A DNA stretch of 56,366 nucleotides from NCBI GenBank assembly GCA_025450445.1, contig JANWHN010000060.1:1-56366 (forward strand), read 5' to 3'. The notes under the pieces were generated by a model. That model saw only the letters and a list, made by a program, of their open reading frames with translations. It did no database searches and was not told the origin of the DNA. The position numbers and the translations under genes were made by a program. Source of the DNA: Anaerolineales bacterium. Lineage in GTDB: Bacteria > Chloroflexota > Anaerolineae > Anaerolineales > UBA11579. The first letter of the stretch is position 1. Every line of letters begins with the position of its first letter. Below, in pieces: positions 18,532-27,614 of the stretch.

Positions 18532-19174
18532 GTTAGCCGTAATCTTTGCCAATGGGGAATTTAGCGAACCGCCTGATCTAAAGGCTGTGCTCGCCAAAGC
18601 TGAGTTCATTGTCGCCGCCGACGGTGGCGCGGACCATTGCGCTCGCCTGAGTGTCCAACCACATGTCCTCATCGGCGATTTTGATTCCATCTCAAAAGAT
18701 GTGCGTGTCGAGATGGAGAGCAAAGGAGTGCAGGTCTTAGCATTTCCAGCTGATAAGGATAAGACGGACCTTGAGCTTGCAGTCGAACATGCAATCCGCG
18801 CTGGCGCGGATGAAGTTGTTATCCTCGGCGGGCTTGGACGCCGCTGGGACCACAGCCTTGCTAACCTCCTGCTGGCGGCGCAGCCGCAATTCGCAGATAT
18901 CCGCATATGCTTCATCCAGGGCGAGCAGCGGCTGCATATCTTGCGTGGTGAGAATGAGATCGATGCTCGGCTGGACGAAAGAGTTTCGCTGATTCCGCTT
19001 GGTGGCGCTGCGTTAGGCATAACCACGACAGGGCTCGCCTTTCCCTTGCACGATGAGATGCTTAATCTCGGTAGCAGCCGCGGAGTTAGCAACGTTGTCG
19101 TCGCCAAGCGACCGCGAGTAAAAATTCGTCTGGGCGTCCTGCTCTGTGTCATCTCTCCGCCCGATTTGAATTAG
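18530..19174 (+). CDS. thiN: Thiamine pyrophosphokinase
   Basis: VAADGGA, IGDFDS, KDKTDLELA, GGLGRRWDH..AN, RGVSN. Confidence 0.93.
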   Translation: MLAVIFANGEFSEPPDLKAVLAKAEFIVAADGGADHCARLSVQPHVLIGDFDSISKDVRVEMESKGVQVLAFPADKDKTDLELAVEHAIRAGADEVVILGGLGRRWDHSLANLLLAAQPQFADIRICFIQGEQRLHILRGENEIDARLDERVSLIPLGGAALGITTTGLAFPLHDEMLNLGSSRGVSNVVVAKRPRVKIRLGVLLCVISPPDLN

Positions 19175-19181
19175 GAGCGAA

Positions 19182-20213
19182 ATGAAACAATTGTTATTGA
19201 CTGCATTGACGGGCTTGATCTTTACGGCCTGTGCTTCGGCAATTGGTGCCGATACTCTCACTGTAATGACACACGATTCGTTCGCGGTTTCAGAAGAAGT
19301 TGTGACTGCGTTTGAAACTGAGTATGGTGTCGATGTTGTCTTCCTAAAATTGGGAGATGCGGGCGAAGCTACCAACAAAGCCGTGCTGGCCGCCAACAAC
19401 CCGCTCGCCGATGTTTTTTACGGCGTCGACAACACTTTCCTCAGTCGCGCCCTTGAAGGTGATATCTTCGAGATATACGACTCTCCGCTACTTGCCGATA
19501 TCCCACCAGAATTTGATCTGGATCCGCAACATGGCGCGCTGCCGGTAGATTTCGGCGACGTTTGCTTGAATTACGACATAACTTATTTTAAAACCCACAA
19601 CATCGCCCCGCCTGCCAATCTTGAAGCTTTGCTGCAGCCTGAGTACGCAGGCCTATTGGTTGTCGAGAACCCCGCCACCTCCTCGCCCGGGCTCGCCTTC
19701 CTGCTTGCCACCATCGGCCGCTTCGGCGAAGGTGGCTATCTCGATTATTGGCAAGGCTTGGTCGACAATGACGTGAAAGTCGTCAATGACTGGGAGACTG
19801 CTTACTACACCGAATTCAGTCGCTGGGGCGGCGAGCGACCGATTGTCATTTCGTACGCCTCCAGCCCGCCCGTTGAAATGATCTTCGCCGAGGAGCCGAT
19901 GGACGCGCCGGTTACCGCCGCCGTTACCGCCGACGAATCCTGCTTCCGCCAGATCGAATTCGTTGGCATCTTGCGTGGCACCGATCAACGTGAGCTCGCC
20001 GAAGCCTGGGTCGACTACATGCTCTCGCCTGTATTCCAAACCGATCTGCCATTGCAAATGTTCGTCTTCCCAGTTAATTACAATGCCGAGCTAGCGCCTG
20101 AATTTACGAATTACCTCGTCGTCCCGGAGACTACAGCCTTCGTCAGCCCAGAAGATATTGCAACGCATCGCGAAGAGTGGATCGCAGCCTGGACGGAAAC
20201 CGTCCTCCGTTAG
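19182..20213 (+). CDS. thiB: Thiamine ABC transporter substrate-binding lipoprotein
   Basis: Lipobox FTAC; THDSF, GVDNTFL, NPATSSPGLAFL, SYASSP, CFRQIE. Confidence 0.92.
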   Translation: MKQLLLTALTGLIFTACASAIGADTLTVMTHDSFAVSEEVVTAFETEYGVDVVFLKLGDAGEATNKAVLAANNPLADVFYGVDNTFLSRALEGDIFEIYDSPLLADIPPEFDLDPQHGALPVDFGDVCLNYDITYFKTHNIAPPANLEALLQPEYAGLLVVENPATSSPGLAFLLATIGRFGEGGYLDYWQGLVDNDVKVVNDWETAYYTEFSRWGGERPIVISYASSPPVEMIFAEEPMDAPVTAAVTADESCFRQIEFVGILRGTDQRELAEAWVDYMLSPVFQTDLPLQMFVFPVNYNAELAPEFTNYLVVPETTAFVSPEDIATHREEWIAAWTETVLR

Positions 20214-20292
20214 ACTAGCGAACTAGTACTTGTAATGTTAATTACGAGCCCCTTAAGGGTCGATACAAGTTACAACATGACGAGGCTTGCCT

Positions 20293-20760
20293 ATGACACC
20301 TAAACAAAGTCGCCCCTATATGCCCGGTTACGGCATTACCACTGAGAGCGAGGGCATGCTGCCCTGGTCATTTGTTGAAGAGCAGATGGCGAAATCACGC
20401 AACTATTGGATCGGGAGCACGAAGGAAGACAATAAGCCTCACGTTGCGCCTGTGTGGGGACTTTGGCACGAAGGTGCGTTTTATTTCAGCACTGGTCCTG
20501 CTTCGCAGAAAGGTCGCAATCTGGCCAATAGTCCAGCAGTAAATGTGCACCTCGAAAGCGGCGAAGAAGTCGTCATCTTTGAGGGCACTGTCGAAGTAGT
20601 AAGCGATAAGACCAGGCTGAAAGCGCTAGACAAGGATTACAAAGCAAAATATGGGCTCCCCATGCAGGGTCCCGGTTCGATCTTTGCGCTCAAGCCCGCG
20701 CGCGCCTTTGCCTGGCGCGAAAGCAACTTCCCCACAAGCGCCACCCGCTGGACCTTTTAG
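20293..20760 (+). CDS. Pyridoxamine 5'-phosphate oxidase-like (FMN/F420 split-barrel) protein
   Basis: RNYWIGST...PHVAPVWG.W...FYFST...KGRNL. Confidence 0.8.
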   Translation: MTPKQSRPYMPGYGITTESEGMLPWSFVEEQMAKSRNYWIGSTKEDNKPHVAPVWGLWHEGAFYFSTGPASQKGRNLANSPAVNVHLESGEEVVIFEGTVEVVSDKTRLKALDKDYKAKYGLPMQGPGSIFALKPARAFAWRESNFPTSATRWTF

Positions 20761-20765
20761 CCTTC

Positions 20766-22436
20766 ATGCGCAAGAACTTGGCCGGACTGCTTTGGTTTTT
20801 GCCGCTGGCCTTTCTCGCCCTCTTTTATTTCTATCCACTCGCCAGCATCCTGGCGCTCAGCTTTGGCCGCGGGCTGACGGTCATGCAGCCGTTCGTGCAG
20901 ATATTCCTCAGCGGCTCGATCCTGGGAATCGCCTGGTTCACCATCTGGCAAGCTGCGCTTTCGACCCTGCTGACTCTTGCCCTCGGTTTGCCGGCCGCGT
21001 ACCTATTGGCGCGTTACAAATTTCGCGGCAAAAGTTTCCTGCGCGCCTTAAGCGGGATTCCTTTTGTCTTGCCCACGCTGGTTGTCGCCACGGCTTTTGA
21101 GGCTCTGCTTGGCCCGCGTGGCTGGGTTAATCAAAGTTTGATAGATCTGTTCGCCCTCGATCAACCTCCGATCCAATTCGTCAACACGCTCACCGCCATT
21201 TTGGTTGCGCATGTTTTTTACAACACCACAATTGTGCTGCGCCTCGTCGGCGACTTTTGGGCGCGACTAAGCCCGCGTATCGAGCAGGCGGCGCGCAGCC
21301 TGGGCGCCAACGGCTGGCAAACCTTTACCAAGATCACGCTGCCAATGATCGCCCCGGCGCTGTCAGCTGCGACCTTGCTGGTTTTTATTTTCGATTTCAC
21401 ATCCTTTGGCGTGATCCTGATCCTGGGCGGCCCGCAGTTCGCCACCCTCGAAACCGAGATCTATTTTCAGACGGTGGCTCTATTCAATCTGCCAATCGCC
21501 GCTGCACTAGCGCTCTTGCAGCTGTTGTGCACTTTGCTTCTAACTATCATCTACACTAAGCTCTCAGCCCGCGTCTCTCGCCCGGCCGAGTTGCGCACTC
21601 CGACCGCTGCCCACCAATTGTCGCCGCGCAAAAATCCAGTTGCTTTCATTTATCTTGTCTTGCTTGCCGCATTCTTTGCCGCCCCGCTGGTTGGCCTCGC
21701 CGCTCGCTCAATCACCCCCGTCGACGAGCAAGGTTCGGCAATCACTTTTGATTATTACGCCGCGCTGGCCCAAAATGATCGCGACGATATTTTCTTCGCG
21801 CCACCGTCCTCTGCCATCAGCAGTTCACTGATCTATGGATTTGCGACAGTTGCCTTGGCATTGCTCGTCGGCCTCCCGGCCGCCTGGCTGCTCGCCACGC
21901 GCAGCCAGGCCTTCGCCAGCCGTGTGCTCGGTCCGCTGCTGATGCTGCCAATTGGCACATCGGCAGTTACGCTCGGACTTGGCTTCATCGTCGCGCTGGA
22001 TTCACCTCCGCTCGATCTGCGCGCTTCGCCTGTCCTCGTTCCCCTTGCTCATACATTGGTTGCATTGCCCTTCGTTGTGCGCAGCCTCACGCCTGCGCTC
22101 CGTAGCATCCGCCCGCGCTTGCGGCAAGCCGCCGCGGTTTTAGGCGCCGCTCCGCGCCAGGTTTTGCGTCATGTCGATCTCCCCCTCGTCAGCCGCGCCT
22201 TGTTCGTCTCGGCGATGTTCGCGTTTGCTATCTCGATCGGCGAGTTTGGCGCAACCGCGCTCATCGCCCGACCCGAATACCCAACCATCCCAGTATTGAT
22301 CTTTCGCCTGCTATCCCAACCCGGCGCCATCCACTATGGCCAGGCTATGGCGCTTAGCACGATCCTTATGTTGGTTACCGCTGGCGGCTTATTGCTGATC
22401 GAGCGTTTCCGCATCGCCGAAGTCGGTGAGTTCTAA
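20766..22436 (+). CDS. thiP: Thiamine ABC transporter permease
   Basis: Two permease repeats with EAA-like loops (EQAARSLGA, QAAAVLGA), SFG/GEFGAT; operon context. Confidence 0.88.
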   Translation: MRKNLAGLLWFLPLAFLALFYFYPLASILALSFGRGLTVMQPFVQIFLSGSILGIAWFTIWQAALSTLLTLALGLPAAYLLARYKFRGKSFLRALSGIPFVLPTLVVATAFEALLGPRGWVNQSLIDLFALDQPPIQFVNTLTAILVAHVFYNTTIVLRLVGDFWARLSPRIEQAARSLGANGWQTFTKITLPMIAPALSAATLLVFIFDFTSFGVILILGGPQFATLETEIYFQTVALFNLPIAAALALLQLLCTLLLTIIYTKLSARVSRPAELRTPTAAHQLSPRKNPVAFIYLVLLAAFFAAPLVGLAARSITPVDEQGSAITFDYYAALAQNDRDDIFFAPPSSAISSSLIYGFATVALALLVGLPAAWLLATRSQAFASRVLGPLLMLPIGTSAVTLGLGFIVALDSPPLDLRASPVLVPLAHTLVALPFVVRSLTPALRSIRPRLRQAAAVLGAAPRQVLRHVDLPLVSRALFVSAMFAFAISIGEFGATALIARPEYPTIPVLIFRLLSQPGAIHYGQAMALSTILMLVTAGGLLLIERFRIAEVGEF

Positions 22437-23461
22437 TGCTTGGACTGCGCGATATCCAAAAGAAATTTGGCACCAAGCTCGTCTTGGACGGGATTTCCTT
22501 TCAAGTAAAGACTGGCGAGATCGTTGCATTGCTCGGCCCCAGCGGCAGCGGCAAATCAACTCTGCTCTCGATCATTGCCGGTCTCGAGCAGCCCGATCGC
22601 GGCCAAGTGCTCTGGGATAGCAAAGATATTTCCGCTGTTCCTTCTCACCTGCGCGGTTTCGGTCTCATGTTCCAGGATTACGCGCTATTCCCGCATCGTG
22701 ATGTTTCCGGCAACACCGCCTTCGGTCTTGAGATGGCTGGCCAGCCGCGCGCTCAGATCAATAAGCGCGTCCGCGAGGTCCTCGAGCTGGTCGGCCTCGC
22801 CGGTTTTGACCGCCGCGAGGTCAGCAGCCTTTCCGGCGGCGAGCAGCAGCGCGTCGCGCTGGCTCGCGCGCTGGCGCCCCAGCCGAAATTGCTGATGCTG
22901 GACGAGCCGCTGGGCTCGCTCGATCGTGCCTTGCGCACGCGCCTGCTTCAAGAATTAGCAGACATCTTGCGCGCCGAGGGCCAAACCAGCCTGTACGTCA
23001 CTCACGATCAGGAAGAGGCGTTCGCCATCGCCGATCGCATTGTTCTTCTAGAAGCTGGTCGCATTGCCCAAGATGCTGCGCCGCAAGAGCTATACCTCCG
23101 CCCTGCGTCGCCATTCGTCGCGGAATTTCTAGGTTTGCACAATTTGTTTTCCGGCAAAATTTCTGCTGGAGTGCTGCATAGTCCATTCGCCGAATTTCCT
23201 TATGTCGGAGGCGCGGATGGGGAAGTAACCGTGCTCTTGCGTCCGGATGCGATTAATATCGGCGATAGGGGTCAGGCGAAAATTACAGGAAAGCTTGTGA
23301 AAGCAGAGTTTCAAGGTTCAGCGACATCGGCTTTTCTCCAATCAGCAAGTCAGCTTATAAAATTCGACGTCTCATCAGCGACTGAGCTGCCAAAAATTGG
23401 TGAGAATTTCACCATCAGCTTTGACCCCAAGACCGCCATCCAACTCTTTCCACGCAAATGA
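22436..23461 (+). CDS. Thiamine ABC transporter ATP-binding subunit (ThiQ role)
   Basis: GPSGSGKS, LSGGEQQR, LMLDEP, VTHD. Confidence 0.88.
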   Translation: MLGLRDIQKKFGTKLVLDGISFQVKTGEIVALLGPSGSGKSTLLSIIAGLEQPDRGQVLWDSKDISAVPSHLRGFGLMFQDYALFPHRDVSGNTAFGLEMAGQPRAQINKRVREVLELVGLAGFDRREVSSLSGGEQQRVALARALAPQPKLLMLDEPLGSLDRALRTRLLQELADILRAEGQTSLYVTHDQEEAFAIADRIVLLEAGRIAQDAAPQELYLRPASPFVAEFLGLHNLFSGKISAGVLHSPFAEFPYVGGADGEVTVLLRPDAINIGDRGQAKITGKLVKAEFQGSATSAFLQSASQLIKFDVSSATELPKIGENFTISFDPKTAIQLFPRK

Positions 23462-23931
23462 CATCTATCCAAGTAACCAAGCAAAATATCTTGGCCGGCA
23501 AGCCGCCCTACATTTACTCTGCCCAACTTGTGGAGCGCAGCCCAAACCACATCGTGATCGATGCTCGCTTCGACAAAGATGGTATTTCTATGGAAGATAT
23601 TCCGATTAAGAGAGGCGATCATTTCATTGAAACCTACTACAGCGACCGCTGGTACAACATCTACGAAGTCCGTTCCGGCTCGGAAGGCGACCTGAAGGCT
23701 TGGTATTGCAACGTCTCGTACCCGGCCGAGATCACCAGTGTGGCGGTTACCTTTCGCGATCTGGCTCTCGATTTGCTCGTCTACCCGGACGGCCGCCAAC
23801 TCGTCCTCGATGAAGATGAGTTTGCTACGTTGGATGTTCCGCCGGAAGATAAAGAACAAGCCCTCGCAGGCTTGCAGCAGTTGAAGGAGATGTTTTCTGA
23901 AAAGTTTGCCAAACAAAAAAGCCCCGGGTAA
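23458..23931 (+). CDS. DUF402 (FomD/Ntdp-like) protein
   Basis: E.YYSDRWYNI...WYCNV..PA...FRDLALDL.V.PDG...LDEDE; ATGA overlap with the ATPase gene. Confidence 0.82.
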   Translation: MTSIQVTKQNILAGKPPYIYSAQLVERSPNHIVIDARFDKDGISMEDIPIKRGDHFIETYYSDRWYNIYEVRSGSEGDLKAWYCNVSYPAEITSVAVTFRDLALDLLVYPDGRQLVLDEDEFATLDVPPEDKEQALAGLQQLKEMFSEKFAKQKSPG

Positions 23932-23945
23932 CCCGGGGCTTTTTT
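23915..23945. terminator. Bidirectional intrinsic terminator
   Basis: AAAAAAGCCCCGGG-taa-CCCGGGGCTTTTTT between convergent genes. Confidence 0.9.
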
Positions 23946-23958
23946 CTTGTCTCGTTAT

Positions 23959-24237
23959 TTATTGAATTTCGATTTGGTTCATTAACTCTTGGATCCAGGC
24001 ATCGCCATTAAACCAGACGATTGCCGCAGTACCGATGCAGCAAATGGCCAGGATCAGCAGAATGCAGCCGATGATGCCCCAAGTCCTGCGGCCGCTTCCG
24101 CCGCCAGAAACTGGCGGCTTGTAGTCGGTCTTGCCCTCCATTGTTTTCGGCTCATCGGCGCTGCTGCTTACCACGGCGCTTTTCACCGAGGCGCGCGGCT
24201 TGCTGGTGCTTTTTCCTGAAGTTCCTTTGACTGTCAT
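23959..24237 (-). CDS. Small single-pass membrane protein
   Basis: GGAG SD; disordered N-terminus; TM segment containing GC and CC. Confidence 0.65.
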   Translation of the reverse strand: MTVKGTSGKSTSKPRASVKSAVVSSSADEPKTMEGKTDYKPPVSGGGSGRRTWGIIGCILLILAICCIGTAAIVWFNGDAWIQELMNQIEIQ

Positions 24238-24246
24238 GTTGGCTCC

Positions 24247-24819
24247 TTAAGCTCGCGCGGCTTCTTGGTTGGCTCTGCGCCAGATGACCCAGGCAACCCA
24301 GGCTGCGATTGGCACCAAGACAACGCCGATCAAAAGCGGGATAACGATTGAAAGGATCGAAAGCACAGTCGAGACAACATCCTCGAGAATGCTCACGACA
24401 GGGTTAGCCAAACCGCCTGTTGTCGCTGTAACGGCTGGGCGCAAGGCGCCTGCCTTGGCAACGTGCACGCTTCCGGCGATCAGCAAACCAGCCGCCAGGG
24501 CGACTGCAGGATGGATGTCGGTCACGACCTGCGTGCTTGCAGCAAACACGATCGCGCCAGCCACCGGACGCACGAAAGTCTGGATGCCGTCATTGACGTG
24601 GTTGACTGCCGGGATCTTGTCCGCGAAGAATTCAACCAACGACAAAGCCACCAACAGACCAATGATCCACGGGCTGGTCAGAGTGTCCCACGGGGCTTCG
24701 AGTTTCAGCAGCTGCGTGTAACGGGCGAGCAGCGAAACCACCAACAGCGGGATGTAGGCGTTCAGGCCGGCGCTGGCCGAAAGCCCAAATGCAGAAAAGA
24801 TGCCACTTAAAATTTCCAT
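24247..24819 (-). CDS. DUF4126 membrane protein
   Basis: GLSASAGLNAY.PLL, EFFADKIPAV.H..D, RP.AGA, NPVVS..ED; GAGGAG SD before ATG 24819. Confidence 0.85.
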   Translation of the reverse strand: MEILSGIFSAFGLSASAGLNAYIPLLVVSLLARYTQLLKLEAPWDTLTSPWIIGLLVALSLVEFFADKIPAVNHVNDGIQTFVRPVAGAIVFAASTQVVTDIHPAVALAAGLLIAGSVHVAKAGALRPAVTATTGGLANPVVSILEDVVSTVLSILSIVIPLLIGVVLVPIAAWVAWVIWRRANQEAARA

Positions 24820-24983
24820 GTTCTCCTCTGCGCGCGCCTCTTGCGCACGCATCCATAGTTGCGCCAGCAGGCGCAATCGAAAAATATTCTAACATTCATT
24901 AGCGTTCAGCTTTTATTAATGATTCGTAATATTTTCTGCTCGCGTGCCGCGGGTTGAAAGAGTAAGATTGGCGGGTTTACCCA

Positions 24984-26213
24984 ATGCCATCCGCGAAACT
25001 TTTTTGTTTGCCGTTCGTACTGGCATTTTCTTTTTTTCTGGCCGCCTGCAATTTGCAAACTACGACGCCGATTCCCGGCGTGAAGTCTCCCACTCCTTTC
25101 CAGCCGGCACCCTCTCAACCCACCTCGCCCACCATCGCCCCCGACGAAGAGACTGTCGCTACTGCTGAATTATCGGAGATCGATAAAGCCCCTGATTTTC
25201 CCGCCGACATTAATCCGCTTACGGGCCTGCGCGTCGATGACATCTCGGTCCTCGATCGTCGGCCCGTCGCAGTGAAGATCAGCAATTATCCGCGGTCCAT
25301 CCGCCCGCAGTGGGGCTTGTCGCTCGCCGATATTGTGTACGAGTACTATCACAACAACGACCTAACCCGTTTCTACGCAATCTTCTATTCGCAAGACGCT
25401 CCGCTCGCCGGCCCGATCCGCTCCGGCCGCATCTTCGATAGTTATCTCACCACTATGTACGAAAGTATTCTTACCTTTGCCAGCGCTGATTCTCGCGTCC
25501 TCGAAAGATTGAATGGGGAGCATCCGATCTGGCAGTTGGTCCCTCTCCTCGAAGGCAGCAATTGCCCGCCCCGCCCGGTTTGCCGCTTTGAGCCGGGTAC
25601 TCGCAACTATCTTTTGGCCAGCACAAAGGCAGTTCGTGATTATTCACTAGGTATCGGCGGCAACAATCGCCGCCCAAATCTGCAAGGCATGGTCTTTGGT
25701 ACTGATATACCCCCCGGCGGAGATGCGGTAAACGAGATTTACCTCTATTATTCGTACTCGGCTTATGCCTACTGGCAATACGATCCCGAGAGCGGACGCT
25801 ATCTCCGTTTCCAGGACACTCAAGAGGATTTCCTTGTGGGCGGCGAACGCTACCGCGCCCTCACTGATCGTCTCAATGGACGGCAGGTCGCCGCAGACAA
25901 TGTCGTTGTCCTCTACGTCCCTCACTTCCATTTCTTCTATCAAGCCGGTTCAGATATCCTGCCAGAGATCGAAGTGGTAGACATGGATTTCTCCGGCCAC
26001 GCGCCTGCCTTTTTGTTCCGTGACGGACATGCTTATGCATTGGAATGGGTGATAGAAGAAGGCTCGGTCCTTTACCTTATCGATGCGAATGGTGATCGCT
26101 TTCCTTTAAAGCCCGGCACCACCTGGTTCCAGGTTATGAATGAAGAAAATCGCCTGATCCAGGCTGAAGATTTTTGGCGTTTCGAATTTATTTTCGATAA
26201 ACCTGAACAATGA
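24984..26213 (+). CDS. DUF3048 lipoprotein
   Basis: Lipobox LAAC; NPLTGL, RRPVAVKI, GLSLADIVYE, TRF.A, GPIRSGR, PLKPG.TW. Confidence 0.88.
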   Translation: MPSAKLFCLPFVLAFSFFLAACNLQTTTPIPGVKSPTPFQPAPSQPTSPTIAPDEETVATAELSEIDKAPDFPADINPLTGLRVDDISVLDRRPVAVKISNYPRSIRPQWGLSLADIVYEYYHNNDLTRFYAIFYSQDAPLAGPIRSGRIFDSYLTTMYESILTFASADSRVLERLNGEHPIWQLVPLLEGSNCPPRPVCRFEPGTRNYLLASTKAVRDYSLGIGGNNRRPNLQGMVFGTDIPPGGDAVNEIYLYYSYSAYAYWQYDPESGRYLRFQDTQEDFLVGGERYRALTDRLNGRQVAADNVVVLYVPHFHFFYQAGSDILPEIEVVDMDFSGHAPAFLFRDGHAYALEWVIEEGSVLYLIDANGDRFPLKPGTTWFQVMNEENRLIQAEDFWRFEFIFDKPEQ

Positions 26214-26217
26214 GATC

Positions 26218-27471
26218 GTGAAACACTTCGCCCTCATCGCCTTAGTTTTACTTGCTCTGCTCTTTTTGGGCGCATTGCCAAGTCAAGCCGCGCCATCTCT
26301 TTTGCTGACAACAACTCCATCTGCTACACCTGACCTCGGCACATCGCCTTTCTTTTCTGCCGGCAAAGAAGTTGACTTCCCTTACACATCAATGGGGCCG
26401 GAGTCTTTTCTGCCCGGCTTCAATCCGTTGACCGGCTTGCCCGTCGCCGATCCGACCCTCCTGCTGCGCAGACCCATTGCCATCAAGGTCACCAATTATC
26501 CACGCTACGTCCGCCCGCAACCCGGTCTCTCCTTTGCCGATGTGGTCTACGAATATTATTTAGAAGAAGGCATCTCGCGTTTCATCGCCGTTTACTACGG
26601 CCAAGATGCCAGCCGCGTCGGTCCCGTGCGCTCGGGCCGCCTCTTCGATGAGCATGTCTTCAATATGTATGATGCCATCTTCGTTTTTGGTTATGCCGAT
26701 CCGGATGTGATGGACCATTACCGGTCCGTTGGCGGCGAGCAGATCTTTTCGCGTTTCGCTCTTGAAGGCAAGATAGATGAGTTTCACGATTGCTCACCTA
26801 ACGGTGTCTATCCTCTATGCCGCGATCGTTCGTTGCAAAGCTACAACAACCTGTTTGCCAACACGAGCAAACTTGGACCCGCAGTCGTCCAGAATGGCAG
26901 CCATAACGACGCGCCGGATCTCAATGGGATGCGCTTCTCGTATCAGATTCCCGCGGAAGGCAGCCCGGCCGAAAGACTTTTCTTTCGTTATTCGCTCATG
27001 ATTTATGGCAAATGGGAATATGACTACGACTCAGCTCGTTATCTTCGCTTTCAAGAAGAAGTTGGTTATGCCGACACCCGAATTGAGAAATATGACCGGC
27101 TGATCGATTCTCTGACGGACGAACAGATCTCAGCTGACAACGTGGTCGCGCTTTTCGTCCCGCACAGTTACTACAAGAAAACCGACAGCACCGAGATCTT
27201 CGCGATCGACCTCACTGATTCAGGAAATGCGATTGTGTTTCGCAATGGGCTGGCTTACAATGCGGTATGGGTACGGCCAGCAAAAGGCGTTCTCAATCTA
27301 TACACGCCAGCTGGTGAGCTGTTTCCGCTGAAACCCGGCCAAACCTGGTACGAAGTCTTCAGCCTGGAATCCACTCAAGCCCAAAATGGCTCCGAGTGGC
27401 GCTTCGTCTTTGGCGTTCCCGAAGTCCCTGACGAGAAAGTCTTCCCTCCGACCCCAACTCCCGCACCATAG
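26218..27471 (+). CDS. DUF3048 secreted protein, tandem paralogue
   Basis: Signal peptide; NPLTGL, RRPIAIKV, GLSFADVVYE, GPVRSGR, PLKPGQTW. Confidence 0.88.
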   Translation: MKHFALIALVLLALLFLGALPSQAAPSLLLTTTPSATPDLGTSPFFSAGKEVDFPYTSMGPESFLPGFNPLTGLPVADPTLLLRRPIAIKVTNYPRYVRPQPGLSFADVVYEYYLEEGISRFIAVYYGQDASRVGPVRSGRLFDEHVFNMYDAIFVFGYADPDVMDHYRSVGGEQIFSRFALEGKIDEFHDCSPNGVYPLCRDRSLQSYNNLFANTSKLGPAVVQNGSHNDAPDLNGMRFSYQIPAEGSPAERLFFRYSLMIYGKWEYDYDSARYLRFQEEVGYADTRIEKYDRLIDSLTDEQISADNVVALFVPHSYYKKTDSTEIFAIDLTDSGNAIVFRNGLAYNAVWVRPAKGVLNLYTPAGELFPLKPGQTWYEVFSLESTQAQNGSEWRFVFGVPEVPDEKVFPPTPTPAP

Positions 27472-27474
27472 ATC

Positions 27475-27514
27475 CGTCATTGCGAGCCCGCTAAAAAAGC
27501 GGGCGTGGCAATCT
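27475..27514 (+). repeat. CGTC-type palindromic repeat, copy 3
   Basis: CGTCATTGCGA-GCCCGCT-aaaaa-AGCGGGC-GTGGCAATCT. Confidence 0.88.
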
Positions 27515-27614
27515 GTTTTTGAAAGCCCGCCCCCTTCCCTTATCATTTCAAAGGGTAAGGAATCTCATTCTCCCGTAGTATGATACTTGCCAGTCCTACT
27601 AACGAGGTTTTCGC

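Noticed and set aside
20230-20247. Rex operator in the thiB downstream spacer
   Set aside because: A 7-4-7 dyad, but too many mismatches to TTGTGAA-N4-TTCACAA to name the regulator
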